DNA of 64,000 nucleotides from Gemmatimonadota bacterium (lineage in GTDB: Bacteria; Gemmatimonadota; Gemmatimonadetes; Palauibacterales; Palauibacteraceae), in NCBI GenBank assembly GCA_039588275.1, contig JBDHAC010000028.1, forward strand, positions 10,007 to 74,006, written 5' to 3'. Positions within the stretch are counted from its first letter, which is position 1, and each line of letters begins with the position of its first letter. Below are positions 58,558-64,000 of the stretch, piece after piece. The notes under the pieces are model-generated. The model was not told the DNA's origin. It did not search any database and saw nothing but the letters and a program-made list of their open reading frames with translations. Made by a program: the position numbers and the translations under genes.

Positions 58558-59637
58558 ATGGGAGACGAGCGGAGTAACGAATTGGGTCGACGCCTTACCG
58601 GCCTTTCGTGCCCCATCTCGCTGACCGATTACCCGTCGGTACAGTTGGCGCACGGCGGCGGCGGGCGGATGTCCCAGATGCTCATAGATGCGATGTTCGT
58701 CCCGGCGTTCGACAACCCCGTGCTCGAGTTGCTACACGACGGCGCCATCCTGGGTGTGGAGGGCGCGCGGCTGGCGTTCTCCACGGACTCGTTCGTGGTT
58801 CACCCGCTCTTCTTCCCGGGAGGAGACATCGGATCTCTCGCCATCCACGGCACGGTGAACGACGTCGCGATGTGCGGGGCCAGGCCGATCGCGATCTCGG
58901 CAGGCCTGATCCTCGAAGAGGGCTTCCCGATGGAGGACCTGTGGCGCGTGACCCGCTCGATGGAGGACGCCGCCCGCGCGGCGGGAGTTCCGGTCGTCAC
59001 GGGCGATACCAAGGTCGTGGACCGCGGCAAGGCGGACGGGGTGTTCGTGAACACGACGGGTCTGGGCCTGATCCCGGATGGGATCGAGATCTCGCCGAAG
59101 CGTGCCGAGCCCGGCGATGTCGTGCTGGTTAGCGGCGCCGTCGCCGTCCACGGGATCGCGATCATGTCGGTGCGGGAGGGGCTGGAATTCGAGACCCGCA
59201 TCGAGTCGGACACGGCCTGCCTTTACCCGCTGGTCGCCGCCGCCCTGGAGGCGGGAGGCGAAGCGGTGCACGTCCTGAGGGATCCCACGCGGGGCGGCGT
59301 CGCGAGCGCGCTGAACGAGATCGCACGGAGTGCGAGCGTCGGTATCCGCGTCGACCAGCGTCGGATCCCGGTGTGGGAAGAGGTCCGGGGCGCGTGTGAG
59401 ATCCTCGGCCTGGACCCCCTGTACGTGGCGAACGAAGGGAAGTGCATCGCGGTCGTCGAGAAACGGATCGCGGACGCGGTGCTGGACGCCATGCGCTCCG
59501 ATCCGCTCGGAGCCGAGGCCGCGGTGATCGGAGAAGTGGTGGAGGACCACCCAGGCACCGTCCTTCTCCGAAGCGAGATCGGCGGAACGCGCGTGGTGGA
59601 AATGCTCAGTGGCGAGCAGCTGCCACGAATCTGTTGA
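58558..59637 (+). CDS. hypE: Hydrogenase maturation protein HypE
   Basis: AHGGGG, TDSFVV, GTVNDVAM, TGDTKVV, RDPTRGG, C-terminal LPRIC. Confidence 0.97.
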   Translation: MGDERSNELGRRLTGLSCPISLTDYPSVQLAHGGGGRMSQMLIDAMFVPAFDNPVLELLHDGAILGVEGARLAFSTDSFVVHPLFFPGGDIGSLAIHGTVNDVAMCGARPIAISAGLILEEGFPMEDLWRVTRSMEDAARAAGVPVVTGDTKVVDRGKADGVFVNTTGLGLIPDGIEISPKRAEPGDVVLVSGAVAVHGIAIMSVREGLEFETRIESDTACLYPLVAAALEAGGEAVHVLRDPTRGGVASALNEIARSASVGIRVDQRRIPVWEEVRGACEILGLDPLYVANEGKCIAVVEKRIADAVLDAMRSDPLGAEAAVIGEVVEDHPGTVLLRSEIGGTRVVEMLSGEQLPRIC

Positions 59638-59692
59638 GCGCTAGCACGCCCTGCGCCACAGGAAAGCCGCGCTGGAGTCTTTCAGCGGCCCG

Positions 59693-60457
59693 CTAGAGTC
59701 CGAACGTGACCGCCGCGCCGCAGACGACCAGGGCCAGACCGGCCATCGCGTGCCCGTAGCGCTCGACCCTGCCGAACGGAATCCGGGAGAGCCCGAGAGC
59801 CCCCACCGTTACCATCCCTGCCATCGCGACGAGCGTGGTGAGGCCGAACACCAGCGTCACCAGACCGACCGCCACCCAGCTCTGCTGCGCCGCCGGATAC
59901 ATCAAGATCGGGATCAGCGGCTCACAGGGACCGAAGAGGAAGATCGTGAACAAGAGCCACGGCGTGAGGCCACCGCGCTTGGGGGCCAGTGGCTCTCGAT
60001 CACGGCTGGTTCGAGTAGCCGGGTTGCCGTCTTCCCGCGGTGTGTGCACGTGTACGTGAGACCCATCGTGGGTGTGTGTATGCCGATGGACCGTTCCATC
60101 CGTGTGCGCATGCCAGTGTGAATGCGGTCGATGACGGACGGCCTGCCGGAGCCCCCATGCCGCGTAGGCCAGCCCGAGTCCCAACAGGAGCCATCCCGCC
60201 ACGTCGCCTCTCGCGGTCTCCACGCGCTCGAGGTTGCCGACGGTGACTCCCAAACCGATCCCGAGGAGTCCGAGGACGATCGACCCGCACACGTGACCGA
60301 CGCCACACGCCAGCGTGACCCCCAGAGTCCGGGCCAACGTCCAGCTTCGAGCCTTCGCCATGGCGAGGAAAGGGACGTAATGGTCGGGCCCGATCAGCGT
60401 GTGAACGAGTCCGATCGACGCCGCGGTCCCAAGCAGCACGGCGAGCTCGGCGTCCAC
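59693..60457 (-). CDS. His-rich nickel/cobalt permease (NiCoT/UreH/RcnA-like)
   Basis: HTLIGPDHYVPF, GVGHV, His-rich loop HSHWHAHTDGTVHRHTHTHDGSHVHVH, GPCEPL, about six TM helices. Confidence 0.82.
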   Translation of the reverse strand: MDAELAVLLGTAASIGLVHTLIGPDHYVPFLAMAKARSWTLARTLGVTLACGVGHVCGSIVLGLLGIGLGVTVGNLERVETARGDVAGWLLLGLGLAYAAWGLRQAVRHRPHSHWHAHTDGTVHRHTHTHDGSHVHVHTPREDGNPATRTSRDREPLAPKRGGLTPWLLFTIFLFGPCEPLIPILMYPAAQQSWVAVGLVTLVFGLTTLVAMAGMVTVGALGLSRIPFGRVERYGHAMAGLALVVCGAAVTFGL

Positions 60458-60460
60458 GGG

Positions 60461-61162
60461 TCAGTCTCCGACGGCGGCGAGTACCTTCGTCCGGGCGTCG
60501 AGCCACTCGATCCAGCGGTCGACCCCCTCGCCCGTGACCGCGGAGACCGGGATCAGATCGGGCTCGGGCATCGTCTGAGCCAGCGCGCGCTCGATGACCT
60601 CTATACGAATGCCGGGCAGGTGAGGAAGAAGGTCGACCTTGGTGAGGAGCACCAGATCGGCCTTCAGGAACATCACGGGATACTTGAGCGGTTTGTCCTC
60701 GCCCTCGGTCACCGAGAGCACGACGACGTTCACGTCCTGACCGAGGTCGTAGACCGCGGGACACACCAGGTTACCGACGTTCTCGATGAACAGGAGCTGC
60801 AGCTCGCGCCACGGGAATTGGTGGAGCGCGTCGTGCACGAGACGTGCGTCTAGATGGCACGCGGAGCCCGTAGTGATGGACTTCGAGCGGATGCCCACCG
60901 CCGTCAGCCGCGACGCATCGTTGTCCGTCGCGAGGTCGCCGCTGAGGGCCCCCAGCGCCCGCTCGGGAACCGCCCGGGCGGTGGCCTCGAGGATCGCCGT
61001 CTTCCCCGAACCCGGCGAGCCCATGAGGTTCACGGCCAGAACGCCCTGCTGCGCGAAGTGCACGCGGTTGTGTCGGGCGACCCGATCGTTGTCCGCGAGC
61101 AGGTTCTCCTGGATCTCGACCGGCACGATGCCGGGATCTCCGCACCCACACGTCTCGCAGAT
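60461..61162 (-). CDS. hypB: Hydrogenase nickel incorporation GTPase HypB, apparent ATC start
   Basis: CETCGC, GSPGSGKT, ACHLDA, ENVGNLVCP, EGEDKPLKYP, TKVD. The codon before CETCGC is ATC, overlapping the hypA stop (TAATC), 7 nt after GGAGG. Confidence 0.93.
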   Translation of the reverse strand: MCETCGCGDPGIVPVEIQENLLADNDRVARHNRVHFAQQGVLAVNLMGSPGSGKTAILEATARAVPERALGALSGDLATDNDASRLTAVGIRSKSITTGSACHLDARLVHDALHQFPWRELQLLFIENVGNLVCPAVYDLGQDVNVVVLSVTEGEDKPLKYPVMFLKADLVLLTKVDLLPHLPGIRIEVIERALAQTMPEPDLIPVSAVTGEGVDRWIEWLDARTKVLAAVGD

Positions 61163-61503
61163 TAGGGCACCTCCAGTTCCACTCGCTCGAGCACCAGCTC
61201 GTCCCCCTCGGTCAGCTGCGCGGGGATGCCGCAGCGGTCGCACCTGAGCTCGCCGCCGATGGCAATCACCCGTCGGCACAGTGGGCAGGTCCACCGTGTC
61301 TTAACGCGCACGATCTCCAGGTCGGCCTCCTCACAGGGGGTGTGTATCCGGCACAACTGCCACGCCGACTCCAGGAGATCGATCTCCACGCCCGCCAACG
61401 GTCCTATCCGGAGCTGGACCCGGTTGACGGCCGTGGCCCCGCGGGCCTCCGCCTCCGCATCAACGCGCTCGAGTAACGCCTGAACGACCGAATACTCGTG
61501 CAT
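61162..61503 (-). CDS. hypA: Hydrogenase nickel metallochaperone HypA
   Basis: MHEYS N-terminus, CPLC...CDRC zinc site, GDELVLERVE. Confidence 0.95.
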   Translation of the reverse strand: MHEYSVVQALLERVDAEAEARGATAVNRVQLRIGPLAGVEIDLLESAWQLCRIHTPCEEADLEIVRVKTRWTCPLCRRVIAIGGELRCDRCGIPAQLTEGDELVLERVELEVP

Positions 61504-61553
61504 ACGCAAGCCCCTCTCGTCCAACAACATCATAAGCGACGGGTCCCGTTCTG

Positions 61554-61575
61554 GCCCCACCCGGATGGGTGGGGC
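61554..61575. promoter_or_regulatory. Perfect CACCC-N4-GGGTG palindrome in the divergent hypA/hybO intergenic region
   Basis: GCCCCACCC-ggat-GGGTGGGGC. A weaker copy GCCACCC-acac-GGGCGTT lies at 61606-61623. Confidence 0.55.
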
Positions 61576-61664
61576 TTTTCACCGCCCTCCAAAGGGGCTC
61601 AGGAAGCCACCCACACGGGCGTTTCAGCGGCAGTTCAAAGGATGTAGCTCTTCATTGGAGAAGT

Positions 61665-61682
61665 TTGTGAAAAAGAGCACAA
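61665..61682. promoter_or_regulatory. Rex-like operator upstream of the hydrogenase small subunit
   Basis: TTGTGAA-AAAG-AGCACAA versus Rex consensus TTGTGAA-N4-TTCACAA (two mismatches), AT-rich in a GC-rich context. Confidence 0.55.
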
Positions 61683-61727
61683 GCAGCGAGGGAGTGGTCT
61701 CGACCGCACCGGAGTTGGAGAGACAAA

Positions 61728-62876
61728 ATGATCCTCCCGATACTGGAGTCGCCGGACGGGTTGCTCGATCGCCCCGTGAGTCGAAGGGGCTTCGTGAAGG
61801 CCTGTTCTCTGGCCGCGGCCGCGGTCGGATTGCCGGCGTCGGCAGCCGCGAAGATGTCCGATGCTCTCGCGGCGGGGAAGAAGCCATCCGTCATCTGGCT
61901 CTCATTTCAGGAGTGCACCGGCTGCACCGAATCCCTGCTTCGGACCACCGCGCCGGGTCTGGATGAGCTGATCCTCGACCTGATCTCGCTCGACTATCAC
62001 GAGGCGCTCATGGCTCCCTCGGGCCACCAGGCGGAGGCCGCGCGGCACGAGGCCATGGAGAGGCACGCGGGCGAGTTCATCCTCGTGACGGAGGGTGCCA
62101 TCCCGACCAAGGACGGAGGCATCTACTGCATAGTCGGAGGGCAGCCCGCCATCGACATCGTGACGGAAGCCGCCGAAGCGGCGGGCGCCATCATCGCCAT
62201 CGGCTCGTGCGCCTCGTTCGGCGGGATCGCGGCCGCCGAGCCAAACCCGACGGGTGCCAAAGGCATCCCGCAGGTCCTGGCCGGGAAGAGCGTCGTCACG
62301 ATTCCGGGGTGTCCCCCGAACCCGTACAACTTCCTCGGCACGGCGCTCCAGTTCGCGACTTTCGGGACCCTCCCGGAGCTCGATGAGCTTGGCCGCCCGA
62401 TGTTCGCCTACGGCAAAACGATCCACGAGGACTGTCCACGCAGGTCGCACTTCGATGCCGGTGAGTTCGCCGAGTCCTTCGGTGACGACGGCCACCGGGC
62501 GGGCTGGTGCCTCTACAAGCTGGGGTGCAAGGGCCCGCAAACGTACGCCAACTGCGCCACGCAACACTTCTGCGAGATGGTCGGCTCGTGGCCGGTCGGG
62601 ATCGGACACCCCTGTTTTGGCTGTACCGAGCAGGAGATCGCGTTCCGCGTCCCGCTGTTCGAGACCGTCGACCTGGAGAGGTTGGGACCGCCGGACTTCT
62701 ATCCCCCCATCGATGCACCACATGGAAGGGTGAGTCCGTGGGCGACCGGTCTCGCGGGGGTCGCGGTCGGCGCAGCTGCGAGCGCGGCCTACATGGCGTC
62801 GAAGAAGCTGGAATCGGTACCACCCGGTGACGAGGGGCCGCCCGAGTCGAGCGGGCCGGCAGGAGAGAAGGGGTAG
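61728..62876 (+). CDS. hybO: [NiFe]-hydrogenase small subunit, Hyd-2 type, Tat-exported with C-terminal TM anchor
   Basis: SRRGFVK Tat motif, QECTGCTES, GSCASFGG, PGCPP, HEDCPRR, CLYKLGCKGP, GHPCFGC. Confidence 0.93.
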   Translation: MILPILESPDGLLDRPVSRRGFVKACSLAAAAVGLPASAAAKMSDALAAGKKPSVIWLSFQECTGCTESLLRTTAPGLDELILDLISLDYHEALMAPSGHQAEAARHEAMERHAGEFILVTEGAIPTKDGGIYCIVGGQPAIDIVTEAAEAAGAIIAIGSCASFGGIAAAEPNPTGAKGIPQVLAGKSVVTIPGCPPNPYNFLGTALQFATFGTLPELDELGRPMFAYGKTIHEDCPRRSHFDAGEFAESFGDDGHRAGWCLYKLGCKGPQTYANCATQHFCEMVGSWPVGIGHPCFGCTEQEIAFRVPLFETVDLERLGPPDFYPPIDAPHGRVSPWATGLAGVAVGAAASAAYMASKKLESVPPGDEGPPESSGPAGEKG

Positions 62877-62881
62877 TCGTC

Positions 62882-63820
62882 ATGTCCATCACACGTCGAA
62901 GGATGCTGACGAGCGTGGTGGCCGCAGGGGCGGCCACCCTGGCGAAAGCTTCCCCGGCCCGGGCGCGGGAGAAGCAGAAGGCGCCCGATGACGCAGTCGG
63001 GATGCTGTACGATACGACCCGCTGCATCGGGTGTAAGGCGTGCGTGTCGGCGTGCAAGGAGGCGAACAAGAACCACGCGGACAACCGCAACCCCGGCCTG
63101 GAAATCTACGATGCGCCCACCGATCTGAACGATCGGACCCGGAACATCGTCAAGCTCTACAGAGACGGCGATGACTGGGCCTTCGTGAAGAACCAGTGCA
63201 TGCACTGCGTCGATGCCGCATGCGTGGGCGCGTGCATGATCGGTGCGCTCCAGAAACGCGAGTTCGGGATCGTGTCGTGGGATCCCGACCTGTGCGTAGG
63301 CTGCCGCTACTGCCAGATCGCCTGCCCGTTCAACGTCCCCAAGTTCGAGTGGGACAGCGCACTGCCTCGCATCACCAAGTGCGAGATGTGCCGACATCGA
63401 CTCGTCGAGGGGAAGGAGCCGGCGTGCTGCGAGGTGTGCCCGCGGGAAGCGGTGGTGTTCGGGAGGTATACGGACCTGCTCGCCGAGGCGAAGCGGCGGA
63501 TCGCCGAACACCCGGATCGATACGTCCCGCACGTATACGGTGAGACGGAGCTCGGCGGCACCCAGGTGCTGTATCTGTCCCACGTGCCGTTCGAGAAGCT
63601 CGGCTTCGAGCTGGATCACGAGGAGCCCGTACCACACCTGCAGCAGACCGTCCAGCACGGGATCTACAAGGGCTTCATGGCGCCCGCGGCACTGTACGCG
63701 GTGTTGGGCGGAGTGATGCTGAGACACCGGCGCATCAACGGCAGGGCCCTGGATACGGCCTTTCCCGAGGGTGCCGGGAAGCCCGAAGACGGCGGTGACG
63801 GGGGAGAAGTGGGGTCATGA
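62882..63820 (+). CDS. hybA: Hydrogenase-2 four-cluster ferredoxin subunit
   Basis: TRRRML Tat motif, CIGCKACVSAC, CMHCVDAACVGAC, CVGCRYCQIACP, KCEMC, YGETELGGT, QHGIYKG. Confidence 0.93.
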   Translation: MSITRRRMLTSVVAAGAATLAKASPARAREKQKAPDDAVGMLYDTTRCIGCKACVSACKEANKNHADNRNPGLEIYDAPTDLNDRTRNIVKLYRDGDDWAFVKNQCMHCVDAACVGACMIGALQKREFGIVSWDPDLCVGCRYCQIACPFNVPKFEWDSALPRITKCEMCRHRLVEGKEPACCEVCPREAVVFGRYTDLLAEAKRRIAEHPDRYVPHVYGETELGGTQVLYLSHVPFEKLGFELDHEEPVPHLQQTVQHGIYKGFMAPAALYAVLGGVMLRHRRINGRALDTAFPEGAGKPEDGGDGGEVGS

Positions 63821-64000
63821 GTACGCATTCACCCGCCGTACCCGTCGGTGGTCCGATACTCACCCGGCCGTACAAGGTCCTCATCGCCCTGTTCGCGGTC
63901 GGCGCGATCCTGATCGGGTGGCGGTTCCTCGTCGGGCTCGGGCCCTCGACGGCCATGAACGATGGCTATCCGTTCGGGCTGTGGATCGCGTTCGATGTGG
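63817..64000 (+). CDS. hybB: Hydrogenase-2 membrane subunit (NrfD family), partial at the right edge
   Basis: ATGA overlap with hybA. MSTHSPAVPVGGPILTRPY...RFLVGLGPSTAMNDGYPFGLWIAFDV. Confidence 0.88.
   Translation, partial: MSTHSPAVPVGGPILTRPYKVLIALFAVGAILIGWRFLVGLGPSTAMNDGYPFGLWIAFDV

Overview
GC-rich bacterial chromosome segment. Gene content and order suggest Gemmatimonadota, but this is an inference. From left to right: an Oar-like TonB-dependent receptor (cut by the left edge) and a secreted EEP-family hydrolase. Next is a long minus-strand run: truA, htrA, purB, purC, purF, 5'-nucleotidase, a small ORF, a MacA/MacB-like set and adenosine deaminase. Then trpD, lexA and a mosaic trp cluster (amidohydrolase-trpC-trpF-double beta-lyase-trpB-AhpD/CMD selenoprotein-trpA-chrA), followed by a CC-star/ArsA/CstA module. 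Housekeeping genes follow: NFACT/RqcH, panBC, a broken HD gene, LytR-C protein, methyltransferase, rlmN, PTS IIA, vanZ, aspS, phoH, 7TM-HD, ybeY, mgtE, meaB and an acyl-CoA mutase. The window ends in a hydrogenase island: DUF2892, a NarX/NarL-type two-component pair, hypFCDE, Ni transporter, hypBA and hybO-hybA-hybB. The most striking feature is an 899-aa tandem tyrosine phenol-lyase-like protein whose two halves have lost complementary active-site residues, predicting a single-chain pseudo-heterodimer with one composite active site inside a trp biosynthesis cluster. Other notable signals: a UGA-recoded CxxU selenoprotein, a direct-repeat candidate SOS box over the lexA promoter, apparent CTG and ATC start codons (purB, hypB), a modular intergenic repeat family, and shared palindromes plus a Rex-like box in the hydrogenase island. 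Product calls rest on motif recognition by eye; no database searches were run.
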